Below, piece by piece: positions 1 through 13,000 of a stretch of 64,000 nt of DNA. A model generated the notes under the pieces. The model made no database searches, was not told where the DNA came from, and saw nothing but the letters and a program-made list of their open reading frames with translations. The translations under genes were made by a program, and so were the position numbers. The first letter of the stretch is position 1. The number at the start of each line of letters is the position of its first letter. This DNA is from Hydrolagus colliei (taxonomy: Eukaryota), in contig CM068756.1 in the NCBI GenBank assembly GCA_035084275.1, forward strand, positions 14,446,001 through 14,510,000, in the 5' to 3' direction.

Positions 1-462
1 CTATGGAGAAAGTAAAGTGGGTAACGTTTCTGGTCCATGATCCTTCGTTAGAAGCCTTCGTGATGAAGAGCCATGGACCTTAACAATTTACTCACTTTCC
101 TTTCTCCGTAAATGCTGCCTGATCTGCTGAGTGTTCCTTACAATCTCTGTAATTGTTTAAGATATCCAGCATCTGCAGTATTTTGCGTTTGATCACCAAT
201 GACTGCCTAATTTCATGTGTCTCTAGGACGGTATCAATTTATTATTACACTGTTCGTATTTTCAACTTATCTTCAACATTGTCCAGCCTCTTGTGAGCAG
301 AGTTTATGATCGATGATATGAATATTAAAATGATAACCAAGTAACAGATATGGAAATTATTACACTAAGATATTGTTTCATGTTGTTCCAGACACCTGGA
401 TATTTGGAGGAGATATCTTTATATCCACTGATTATTAGAGAATCCTCCAATATAACAAATTG

Positions 463-1894
463 TCATGTCCACAATCTAAACAGTCTGGTCCCGGTTAGCA
501 GCGAACAACATAAATTTGATTCCTGTTGATTGATAATTTTATGGGCTACGATACAAATACAATAATGTGAATCAAATCACAATATTATTTTGAAGCAAAG
601 AATGCCTCCTTACCTTTCAAGTTGTGAGATTTTAACATGGTCAACAATGAAGATGGTCAACACTATCACTACCAAGAAACAGGATATATACCGTGAAATC
701 ATCATATTCTCTGACATTCCACGATAACCTAGAAAACAAATATTGGAATGCAAAAGGATTTACATGGAAACTATTCAATAATTAGGCTTTATTGGGAAAA
801 TGCACACGTTCTTAACTATTTTCTATTGGAAGCTACAATGAGGTGGAGGAATATTATAAACTGTGCATTCAATTGATTGAAAACAGTAGAGAATAGCAGT
901 GAATACCAATGCACAGGCAGTTTATTAGTGCTGTTTTAGAGATGTGTTTATATATTATGTGGTAATAGTTCCCCTGAGACTGTGTGCTCAACTTCAAATG
1001 TACCAGAGAGAATGACTCTTCAGACCCAAGCTGTGGCCACTATCGTAATCAAAACTGATTCCATTGGACATCTACTATTAAACTGAATTTCTTTAAAACA
1101 TCTCACAAAAGAGTTTTATTTTAATTACGGTGATTTTTGTTCCAAAGGAATAAGTAACAAAAGGTTTGTTCAAAAAATTAATCAGAAAATTCAATGGATT
1201 GATTAACAAATATTATTTGTTTCATTTGTACGTATGTATTAGTCCAAAAGTTTGATTTCTGATTTCAAACCTAAATATAGGTGGGGAGAGGACTATTGCA
1301 GGACTATTGCAGTTTGGCATGTTACTAAATGCCACAAAAGTAATGAACTTATTTGAAGGGAAGATATTTAGAATTTAATGGATAAACAAGAAATACTCAG
1401 ATCTGAGATATTCTTCGATTCAAAGACTCTACATTTATAGTTGCTAGTTTTGTATATATTAAGTCTACAGCGGGAAGATTGGATGCCTACAAATGGTGGC
1501 GTAAATAAATGTAAATATATTTTCTAGTAGCAAGGTGTTAAACAACAAAAGACTGCAAAACAAGTAGGCATCCTACCTTCCAATGCTGTGTACACTTTAG
1601 GAACAGTGTAGACGGCAACCACTGGAGATTGGAGGGGGACGTTAGATGCCAGACAGGTATAAACAACACCGAACTATACAGGTTGTGTGTCTTCCATATA
1701 GCTAGAAACTTCATAAAGTCCATCTGTATTCTTCTCTTCAGTAAAATTTATCCCAGTTATAACTTCACTACCTTTATTCCAAGTGAGCGTTGCACCGTCG
1801 GGGTAAAACGCAGCCGTTTTACACACAAGAATCTGAGATGTTGATGAATCTCTTTCAGAATCTCTGGGGAATATCCGCAGGGGGGTCGGGGGGA
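463..1894 (-). pseudogene. Type-A (Arg-TM) V-C1 IgSF receptor pseudogene A1: C1 exon 1577-1894, TM exon 614-728, putative terminal exon 463-475; leader and V exon absent
   Basis: C1-set exon VPPTPLRIFP..LVCKTAAFYPDGATLTWNKG..YEVSSYMEDTQPV*FGVVYTCLAS with AG/GT phase-1 ends and an in-frame TAG at 1674-1676 where paralogue A2 has CAG. TM exon GYRGMSENMMISRYISCFLVVIVLTIFIVDHVKISQLER. Homology to the A2 V-C1 intron stops near 3040, before any V exon. Confidence 0.85.
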
Positions 1895-3733
1895 CTGTAG
1901 GACACACATTGGAGTAAAATCGCGTTACTTGTGATTACTTGGAATATAAAACTTTATTCCCATTATTGTTGTTGTCCGAACAAGTTGTCTGGATTGTAAC
2001 AGAAAGAGACTTATCCTGTTTGAGTTTTTTATTTTCAACAATGTTCAGGGTATCAAATGTCAAAAGATGCCTTGCAGGAGTTAAAGCCAGTATTTAGTAG
2101 ATTAATGGTTGAAAGAATCTAACTATGATGACAAGATGAGTAAACGTGGTTTATATTTGATATATGTGGGAAGGATGGGAAGTAATTTGATTGAGCTGTC
2201 AACGAAGGCTAAAAATGCCCAGAGCACGTACTTCTAGTGGAGGAGTAAAATTAGAAGGGTACACAACCCTAACGTTTTGTCTAAACCTGTTAGGTATAAA
2301 ATGAAACATTTTGTATTCATATATAATTCGGTAAAATTGTGGTATCCATTCCCATAAGTGGCTTGAGATGCCGATTCAAATGGGATATGAGGAAAGTGGC
2401 AGGTGAAAATCAATTAAAAGGTCTGCCACCATTCTCCAGCAGCAACTTGTAATTATAAAGTGCTCTAAACGCAGGATCGTGTCCTGCAGAAATCTAGAGA
2501 CTTCACCATAATTAGAAATAGAAGCAAAAGATCCCATTTCACACCAACATTGATTATGGTACACTCTGCTTTTTAATTTATTTGATAGATTTCCAAACAA
2601 TTTTCCATAATTGGAATAGGTAATTCAAAATAAGTTAATGGCTGAATGTGGGACATTGTTTTTGTGTAGATTGTTCAGGTTACCTGAAATTGTCTAACTG
2701 ATTTTAAACATTTGCCTTTCTTATAAATTAGTGAATTGTAAATGTCTGGACCATAGGTTCAAGTGACTTTGACTAATAATAGTAATAATGCTTGCATTAG
2801 ATATAGACCATTGAATGTTCAGATGATTTTCAAAGCATTTCAAAGGATTCACTGCAAAGTGTGATGATTTTGTAGGGCAATATAGCAGCCAACTTTGCAC
2901 ACAGCAATCTACCCACAAACACAAACACAAAGTGTACAACCAACTTGAACTGGGGATTCATTAGCCAGGATCCAGGGAGGAAAAATATGTCATCCCGTTT
3001 CAAATACCTGTACTTCCACATGACTTTTAATATCCACCTAAACAGCCAGAATGGACTTCGGTAATGGCTCATCCAAATGGGGCGAACCTCAAGACATAGA
3101 GCGCTGACCTAGCATTGCATTGGATTGTCAGTGCACACTGTGATCTTCATGTCTTGATGTGGGACAATCTCAATAAATGCGTTCAGGACAAAATACAATA
3201 TATAGGATTGGGTCTGAAACACTGACTGTACAGCGCCTTGGGATGTCCTTGTGACAAGTGGTATACAAGAGTAATTTTGTTGTTGTTATGTGCAGAGTTT
3301 TCAGTGAGAAGCATTTAGCACACGGCTGTAAATTTTAAGTATAAATAAATGTAGAATTTCCAGTAACAAAGTGTTTAACAATAAAAGACAGTAAGACAAG
3401 TAAGCAATCTGTCATCTGATCCTGTGTTGAAGTTACTAACTGTGGAGCTTAATAGTCAGGATATTAATGGTATTCTTTTATTTATTGGACATGTTCCAAT
3501 GTTCCTGAAGCTCTAACCACATACAAGAAGTTTCTCGCTTGCTTATATATGTTTGATTTAAACAATGATAAATACCAATTATTGACTTCAATATGTATTC
3601 CAGATTATAACTATCACTGAGACCTGTTGGTACAATGTATCATCTACTAAGGTAAATGTGGTAAAAACGGGGCAGCCAATTATACACAGCAGTTTCCCAC
3701 AAACAATCATGGATTGAGTGAGCAATTATATAT

Positions 3734-4268
3734 CCCTCCACAGGCTGCAGATCATCCAGAACTATGAGGCGCATATCCTCTACTGTTCCAAACTCTGTGA
3801 CCCCCATCTCCCCCATTCTATTGGCTATGCATCATGCGGATGATCCAATTCAAGATCCTAGTCCTCACATTTAAAGCCCTCCACAACCTCACCCACCCCA
3901 CCACCCTACATCCTTGACCTCGTATCTCCTTATCAACCTGCCCGTTTCATCTGCTCATCAGGCTCTGGCCAGCTCCACGTCCCCTCCCCACCCTCCCCAC
4001 CATTGGCAGGCGTGCCTTTAGCCACTCTGCCCCCAACCTCTGGAACTCCATCCTGCAGTCGCTCTGCCTCGTCCCCTCCCTGGCCTCCTTCAAGTCTCAC
4101 CTCAAGACTCTTCTCTTCGATGGACTCATCGGCAACTCCTAATCCCCCCCCTTCCCTCCCACCACCTGTTCTGAGCTCAGGTCTGAAGCAGTGACTGTCC
4201 AGAGCCATGGGATATCGCCCTGACAAGAAAGGTGCTATACAAGTGTAATTTTGTTGTTGTTGTTGTTA
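3734..4268 (+). mobile_element. L2 3' fragment
   Basis: L2 C-terminal pyrimidine-rich strand ending in a (gtt)n tail. Confidence 0.8.
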
Positions 4269-5381
4269 TCTACAGTATATATATATGTAGAAAGTTAAGT
4301 TTCAACCTTTTAGACCAGTTATTTTCCTATTTGCCATTCACACACAGCGTGAATAAATCTTACAGTTGATACACATTTTGTTGTTGTGACGTATATTGTT
4401 AGAACCATACAAAGATATAATTTCTTTTTCCAATAAAACAAAAACAGAAATCGCTGGGAACACTCAGCAGGTCAGGCAGCATTTATGGAGAAAGGAAAAG
4501 TAATTCAAAGTTTCAGATCCATGATCCTTCATCAGACCTGGGTCATGTTGGGAGGGAGAGGCTTTTAAGAACTAACTGAGAGGGAGAGGCAGGGCAAGGA
4601 AGACAACGAAGAAAATGTGGTAGAGGACAGGAGATGATGGGTTAAAGAGGTGTTATTGTTGTGAAATAAAAGGGGGGTTGGGCTTTTGCAACAAAATTGG
4701 AGAGAATAATAATGTTAATAATGTTTACAAAGGGTGGGTGAAATTCAAAAAGATCAGGCAGACAAGATGGTCACAGAAGAGTGTACATGTGGTGGGTAGG
4801 TGAGGTGACCTGTTATGGTCTGTTACGGCTTCTTTTTAAATTACTGTTAAGTATGTAGCTTGCAGTCTCAAACAGGACAAAATGTGGCTCCGCATTTGTC
4901 AGACACCAAACATGAAAGAGAAAGTAAGTGATGAATAACCATGTCGCCATAATCCAAGTTCAGTACTCGCTGAGCATCAAAATCAGTGGCACATATTTTG
5001 ATTCCACCTTTTGACCACTGGCTGTATTTGTTTTTCTTGCTGAACGGCTTTACCCTATCAGTCGTTGGATAAGTTTTGGGGCCGGCGCATTATAGCCCAC
5101 TTGCATTAAAATTTTAAACTCTTAACAAACAACATTGCACATCGATTAATTCGAATTTAATGATAAACCACAGAATCGGCCCTGGAATACTCTTAACCCC
5201 AAATGCCAGGAATGCATGCTGATATAAATAAGAGCATAACGATCCCGCTTAAGTTTTCAAGAAACTCAATTTAATTGAAACCCAGTAAACGCATACATAA
5301 GAACATTGATTAAAAACCTTCGAGACGAAAACAACATTCAGTTTCATTCCATCAAATGGAACGTTGCACTTTAACACTGAA

Positions 5382-5545
5382 TCATAGAATCATAGAATGT
5401 TATGGCACAGAAGGAGGCCATTCGGCCCTTCGAGTCTGTGCCGGCTCTTTGACCGAGCAAGTCACTTTCATTAACCCCAATCACCAGCTTTCTCCCCATA
5501 ACCCTGCAAACCCGTCTTCCCCAGATACCTATCTAGTTCTCTCTT
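5382..5545 (-). mobile_element. Older CR1 3'-end fragment
   Basis: catagaatcatagaat..ggaggccattcggccc. Confidence 0.7.
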
Positions 5546-6315
5546 AAAAGCTGAAGTAACAGATGAAAATATGCAGTTAAGGACATGGGCTTTACTGTTG
5601 GCCCAAAAAAGGCTTTACGGTGTGAAATTGTAACGTATACGTATATATATATGGTTGTGGATATTTGCGCGTATGTATGAAATTGCTACACCCATCCACC
5701 CCACATAGCATCAGTTGATGTGTTGCATGAACTGCCTATCAACAGGGACAATCATGTTCTTTGTTTAACCCAGTGCAGCAGTGACATAAGTAAAAATACA
5801 TGTAGCTTTATTTTAGCTAGCTTTTGCACGTACTTGCATAACGCCCATACAATAACCTTTCCATTGCGGTAGATGAATTACATTGAATTTTCTTAGGTAG
5901 CTGATAAGGTAATTTATATCGGTTTACTTCTAATTTGAGTCTCTGTACGTTATTGTCATCAGATGAGGTAATAAAATATACGTGAAACAAAACATTACCC
6001 TCAATGCAAACACTGAATTGGTGAATATTTACTTCCAGCTGTATGTAATGAAGAGGACTTGGTGTTAAACTTATTAGTTCCATGAGGCAGCTAGCCCGAA
6101 CTCAGGATAACTAACTTTTAAATGTAACAGATTGAGAATTGTTATTAGAATCGATCATATGCTCTGCATATAAATTTTGTGGGCAGTAAACTATATATTT
6201 ATTCTTGAAATTTGCTACATGGAGAATGGAATGAGGATAACCGGAATCAACTGAAGGGCTCAGTTTCGTCCAATCATTTAATCGATGACCAATCCTTAAA
6301 ATGTTTAGATTTTCC

Positions 6316-6336
6316 AGAGAGAGAGAGAGAGAGAGA
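6316..6336. repeat. (GA)n microsatellite
   Basis: About 10 GA units. Confidence 0.9.
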
Positions 6337-6526
6337 GCAACCTTACTGAACATTAAAGAATCATCATAATCTATATCTGAAGTCCAGCAGTAAGTACTTG
6401 GCTAAGCTGTATCTGAAACAAAGCGTAAAAATTCTACGTTATGGTTTCTGATTTATTTTATCTGATGCTATCGAAGAGAGAGATTCACCAAATCAAACTC
6501 GACACGTTGCATTCCATAAAATATTG

Positions 6527-6532
6527 TTTATT
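6527..6532 (-). terminator. Candidate AATAAA polyadenylation signal of B1
   Basis: About 340 nt downstream of the stop; found at the same relative position in B2 (34315-34320). Confidence 0.45.
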
Positions 6533-6870
6533 GAAAGTCGACAAAACCACTTTACAATGTTACAAACTATTATAAACTGGTTCTAGATTTGGATTGGTAT
6601 ATTTTGTTCCAGTGATATAACAGCTTCATTGCTTTTATAAACGATTAGAGTTGATAGCACAACGACATTATCAGATTAGTATTAAACAAATTAGAAGATG
6701 AAATTGGATCGACTTGATAAATGATGGGTAATACAAACAGAATCAAATCTTTCTGCACTGTCAAAGCGGTGATACAATAGCAGATCAGCATTGATATACA
6801 CACTGTCACTAGCTTTCATCAGAAGTGATCTGTGACTGATATGCAGTGGTAATTATCTATTATTGTTACA

Positions 6871-7035
6871 TCATACGGTTCCTGATTCCATGACAGTGAC
6901 AGCCTTGTATTTTCTGATATTTACCTCCGCATACTCTGAATTCTTGTCGCTGGGTTTAGCTTTTTTTGTTTGTTTGGAGCGAGTTAAATCCAGGTCTGCA
7001 TAGGTCAGCTTGTCAGCGGCGGCTCCTCGCTTGGT
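6871..7035 (-). CDS. B1 terminal exon with ITIMs LTYADL and SEYAEV
   Basis: TKRGAAADKLTYADLDLTRSKQTKKAKPSDKNSEYAEVNIRKYKAVTVMESGTV*; acceptor ttttgcag; paralogous exon at 34664-34828. Confidence 0.9.
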   Translation of the reverse strand, partial: TKRGAAADKLTYADLDLTRSKQTKKAKPSDKNSEYAEVNIRKYKAVTVMESGTV

Positions 7036-10000
7036 CTGCAAAACAACAACGTTTGAGATTGTGTTTTTGCTGGTTCCATATATAGATACCTCACTCCAAA
7101 AGCCGCTGAAACCTTGGTCCATGCCTTTGTCACCTCTCAGCTGGACTACTGCAATGCCCTCGTTGCCGGTTTCCCCGCCACCACAATCCACAAAATCCAG
7201 CTAATCCAAAACTCTGCCACCCGCATACTCACCCGCACCAAGCTTTGCTCCCCCATTAACCCAGTCCTTGCCAGACTTCACTGTCCCAGAGAGGATCAAC
7301 TTCAAGATCCTTACCCTTGTTTTCAAATCCCTCCACTCCTCTGCACCCCCCTACCTCTCTGATCTCCTTTCTCCCCAAACCAGCACCAGCTGCCTTCGCT
7401 CCACTGGATCTGGCCTCCTCCATGTCCCCGAATCCTCCGCTCCACCTCGGCGGCCGTGCCTTCAGCCACTATGCCCCAAGGCTCTGGAACTCTCTTCCTC
7501 ACTCCCTTCGCCTCACCCCCTTCTCTTCCCAGTTTCAGGTCACAGCTAAAGACCTTTCTCTTCGACTGCGCCTTTGTTCACCTTTCAACCCCTGCCCCTG
7601 GCTCGTTCCCGGAATCCATCACTGTGAAGCGCTCTGAGACGCCGTCCGGCGTGGAGGGCGCTATATAAATCTAAGTTGTTGTTATTGTTGTAGATGTAAA
7701 AAGAATGGTAAGGAAACTGGGCAGCCAGTGTTTATACTACACATGAGCTCCATCCTTACCTATTTTCTGCTATAATTTTTTAATCTCTTCTCCTCATGTG
7801 AGCAACAAGTTTTATGTTACATTATACCAAACCCATCACCCCATGGCCAATTGGTAAATATATTTCAAACTGCGATATCTCGATGTGGATTTAATGTCTG
7901 TAGATCTCAACGATGAGCTGACAGCTGCTTTAATGGTTTGTGATGATCAGTTAATGCTGATTAACTGATTGCTCTCTGGGAACTTGACATCTCAAAATGT
8001 CTGGGTCAGAATACATATGATCGTTGTTAACTTATTTGATGAATTGTTGATTCATATGTAAAGGTACAACCTTAGGAACTTTATAGCCCAGAAAGCCAAT
8101 CTGCACATCATACACGTACTGTCAACTTGAAATAATAATTTATTGAGTCCCATTTACCTGACGTTTCCACAATATTCTTTCAAATTCACCCATTTTACAT
8201 ATGCCCATTAACTTTAGATAAATAAATGATGCTGGTGAAATGCTGGAAGGCTGAACATGTTCAACAACCAAAGGCAGGTTCCAAATGAGGTAGAAGATTG
8301 GAGGAACAAACAAAATCATAACGCTCAAAGTCAAGCCTATTTAACAACCTACATGTTGTTTACCTGGGCATATACTGTGCTCTCATCCTGATGTTTAGGT
8401 CTTGGAGTTTTATTGGAATTTCTCAAATCCAATGTTACATAAGCCACATTGTCACCCACTGCTCCCTCCCCCACCTGTAAAACAAAGTATAGAGTTAAAT
8501 GATTGTTCAGTTGACTTCCTAGGTCTGTACTCTTTGACCATGGTATTGACTAAGTAGGGATTTTAGGGGAAACAATGGCTGTAAGTTAATCGAGTTCTAT
8601 CTAGATGCAGTGAAATTCGTAATTCTAACTGAGGTTTTGCCTTCCATTTCATTTCAATATGTTGCAGAACTGATTACCAGTAAGGTAAATTACTGTCAGC
8701 CAATTGTGTTTATGTAAGTAACAACTTAATGTAAAGGGAAATAAATAGGTGTGGAATTTTGGAGGAGTCATATTAAGGTTGTAAACTTTCAGTTCATAGA
8801 GCAAATAAATGTATTGTTGGAGGTGGGATGAGATTTATCTGGTGTCCTGGCAAATGATAATCATGATAAATTGGCGATAGACTTCATCATGGGACCATAT
8901 TGTGTGCAAGTTGGTTCGAGCAAATAGAGTTGCTGCAAAGACAATGTTACCACCCATGAAGCATTTTAAAAGGGTTGGAATTATAGGCTCCAAAATGATA
9001 ATTACTAAATTGGTCCATTAGTCACCCAATGATTTGGTGATAAACTTACCTGATCTTCATGATTGCCCGATTGAGTCAGGTTTCCCTTTGATCCTAAATA
9101 TGAATAAAATTTACTTCATTAAATATTTATTCCATTTCAATATTAACACTAAAATAATGTAACTTTTCTACATTTTAGGATGAAATGTAATGACATATAG
9201 AATTTTCATCTCACTCATACTTTCTGAAATCCGTAATACTATGTAACTCTTTCCCTTGAATATTTTAAATCTGAAACTTGGTGACTGTCATGTTATTTAA
9301 TCCACAAAATGCAATGTAGATAACCCCAGTACTTCAATTCAAATTTATCTCTATCAGATCAACCACTTTCCACTCTCTTCCAAATCTATCCAGTCACTCT
9401 TCCCATAATCTTTTTATATTTGTCTCATTCAATTGAAAGTTATCTTGTTAAAGCAATATGCAACAGCAACGACCAAACACTATTCCCTAAATCTTTTAGT
9501 TTTTCTTACGAAACTTGGTTGTTTCCTGCAGTCTGGGCCTTGGTATTTCTCCTGGTACTCTCAATAATAAAAACATATTTTCAATGTTACAATTTCAATA
9601 TAATGTGTGGCTGAATTCTGTTACTGATAAACATACACCTGGTGCCTGTCCCTGCAATTGTTTGATGCCATTCATCGCCACAGTTATATAATAATTCATT
9701 GTAGTTTAAGGTGATTGCAATATATTAAGTCAGATTTCAGATATTGGGTGTTGGAAAATGAGAAATTCTGGGATTCCAAAGTTCACCATGTAAAACTGTT
9801 GCGACAACTACAAGTAATTGGTATTGTATAACTGCAACATCACAGAACTCTACCTTCAAATTTGAAGTAACAAGGAAGTTGTTTTTTCTCTTGGCTAACC
9901 ATTGCTGCTTTCTAAGCTTTTGTATCAAAATATAATATTGACAATTAATTGCAATGATATCAGAATTTTCTTACCGTTTTTCTTCTTCAATCGGTATCGG

Positions 10001-13000
10001 TTCCCAATTATGATTAAAAGGATCAGAAATACACATCCACCCACTGCATATCCACCCAACTGTAAATTAGGGTTTTTATTTCCACTCCCTGGAGAAATAG
10101 TATACATTGAGGTGAAACTGTACATTGGATAGGGGAATGGTTTATAATTTCAGTAGAACAGAAATGTTATGCATATACTGTATATAGTTTGCATTGATGG
10201 TTTGTATTGATTTCAAGTAAGTTCTAAGCACAATAACTGGTTTAACTATCACGCCTAATCTTAATCTGTGTATTTATTGAAATAAGAATTAAAATTACAA
10301 GGAGACCATCACTGAAAACAGTTTGATATGTATATAGCATAGCACAGGTGTATCTATTGACAACATCTCTCAATGATTTTTATTATACCTCTTGATTTAG
10401 TACACAGGAAAGAGTAACACACAGAATATACCCCAAATGGAACATTGATTTTCAAAGAATCCTTACAAAATACAATCTATATATTGCAGAATAAGACAGA
10501 ATAAGACTATTGACATCAGATCACAGTGATAAAACCTGCTCACTTGTTAATAATAAAAAGATGGAACCTTATGGGATGGAAAGGCATGTGAAGTGTCCTG
10601 AGCTGAAACCGAGGTTTTCAGAATTATTTAGGATGCTACCACTTAGAATTAACAAAATGTTTGATGATACACATAAAATGTTTCACATTCAAATGATATA
10701 ATGTAGTTAATCACCATCATGTACAACCCCCTCATCACCATTCCCGACACATTTGTCTCCTGTAAACTCTGGCATCGCTTCCAATCCCTGCAGGTCTCCC
10801 GGGAGAGCAAGTCACATTCCATCCCTCAAGTCACAGGCATGAGCTGCCGAACATTGACTGTTCCTCAGGGCTCTAACCTCAGCCTCTGCCCTTCACTATC
10901 TCTGTTCTCCCACTTGGCGACATGAACCGTAGACATGTATTGCACGTCCACGTGTATAACGATGAAACCCAACTCTCCCATCTTACTCCACAGGCAACAT
11001 TCACCTTCGATCCAGTTAGTGTCAAACTTCAAGTCCCTATGAACTCTGGCTCAGAGATTGTTATTATTGAGCAGCTCAATAATAACAATCTCTGCATTTT
11101 CTATAGTGCCTCATATATTGAATGCAATGAGTAATATTATTATTATTATCTTGTTATCGTCATCTCAAAACACTTCAGATGATTCAATGAAAGGCGCTAC
11201 ACAAATGTAACTTTGTTGTTAATGTTATTTGTGAGTCAATGCAAAGAAGCATTACTATGAGATTTGAATTAACAACAGTTGGTTAATTAAAATTTGTTTA
11301 GAATCTTACCTGCGTCAGGTTGTGGGATAGTGTAGGTGGCAATAGCTGAAGTCTTGAGGGTGGCATGAGACACCAGACAGGTATAAACAGAAGTTTTCTG
11401 GACAGACTGTGTGTCTTCAATAGAGCTAGAGACCTTATAGAGTTCCCCCGATTTCTGCTTTTCACTGGTTACTGTCTCTTCCACCTTTATTCCTGATGTT
11501 CGTGTAATTTGAATCCCATCTTTATGCCACGTGAGGGTGAAATACTTTGGGTAAAACGCGGTAGTTTCACACACAAGAGCTACTTGCTCAGTTGAATTAG
11601 AGAAAATCCTGATTGGAGTTGGGGGAACTGTAGAACAGATAATAGAGGAAAATCGTATTAGTTTTGACGAATCGGCGGGACAAGCTTTATTTTGATTCAT
11701 TTATTTGCAAAATCCTGATTCCTGAGTGCAAATGGAGGTTTGTTTCGATACACATATTCCTCTCATCGCAGCAGAGCGTTCCTCCTGCTTTAATTAATTT
11801 GTGGTTTTATCATGAATACTCCTTCATATTGTTGTCTTAAATATTATACTAAGTGTAATGATTAGCAGGTGGAATTGATCACTGCAAACTATCAAACACA
11901 GGATATAGAGTATTCCTGATGGCTGTGCACACGATGATATTCTAGCTCAATTGGTAACTTACTCGTTTCTGAGTTAGAAGGGTTTGGGTTGAAGCTCCGT
12001 TTGCAGATTTGGAATTCATATAGTCTACGTTGAATCATCTGTTGCAATGCCATTCTGAGGATGCGAATTTAAACCTGGTTTAGTCCTGGCTGTTCTTTGG
12101 CTAAAACATTAATGATCTCATGGCCAAATTCAAATAGAGAATCGGCGGCCTGCCCAACAATGAATTTTTTTTTAAGTTGACTTCCACTCCATTCTCAATC
12201 TTGTGTTTAAATCCCTCCACTCTTCTGCACCTCCTATAACTCTCCGACCTGGTCTCTCCTCACTGCAGTCTACTGTGTCCAGCCTCCTGCTTGTCCCTTA
12301 ATCCTCCGCTCAACCATTTGTGGCTCTGCTTTTAGTCATTACTGGCAGAAACATTCGAACTACCAATCTTAACCCCTTCTCTTCACCCCCTCCTTTTCCA
12401 TCTTCAGGTCGTGCCTGAAGATCTTTCTCTTCTACCATGCTTACGGTTACCTTTCCCCTCCGCTTGGCTCGGCCTCGGGCTCCGCCATTCTGAAGCACTC
12501 TGACATGCTGCCTGGTGTGGTGGCCATGATATAAATGCAAATTGTTGTTGTTATAAAATTATTCGTGAAGTTGTAGTGAGTTACAATATTTTGTGTTTTA
12601 GTTGTGTACAGTTTGAAATTAAACACATGATTCTCACATAACATACTCTAAAAATTAACATGTAAAGGTTATTAATGCACAAAGAATATCATTATTCAAA
12701 TAGCATACACTGTATTTATTACAGTTAGTGTAATTTTCACATAGTTTTGCTCTTGATCCACACTCACCCTGCACAATTAATTGTGATCCGGGTCCTGTTC
12801 CAATTATTGATCCCTGGCGGGTCACTGTGCAGCGATAGACCCCAGAGTCCTGGAAACTCACATTCAGGAGCTGGAAGTAGCTGCTTCCTTTCTCTTTCAC
12901 ACCAAATATTTTCCTGCTATCCACAATTGTATCTAAATAGCCGTCCTCACCATCCTTTTTCCACTGCACCTCCACTCCTGAACTGTTTTGAGAGGATGAA

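Noticed and set aside
7036-7191. N-terminal half of ORF 6871-7191
   Set aside because: Intron and antisense L2 sequence; the real exon begins at the acceptor before 7035.
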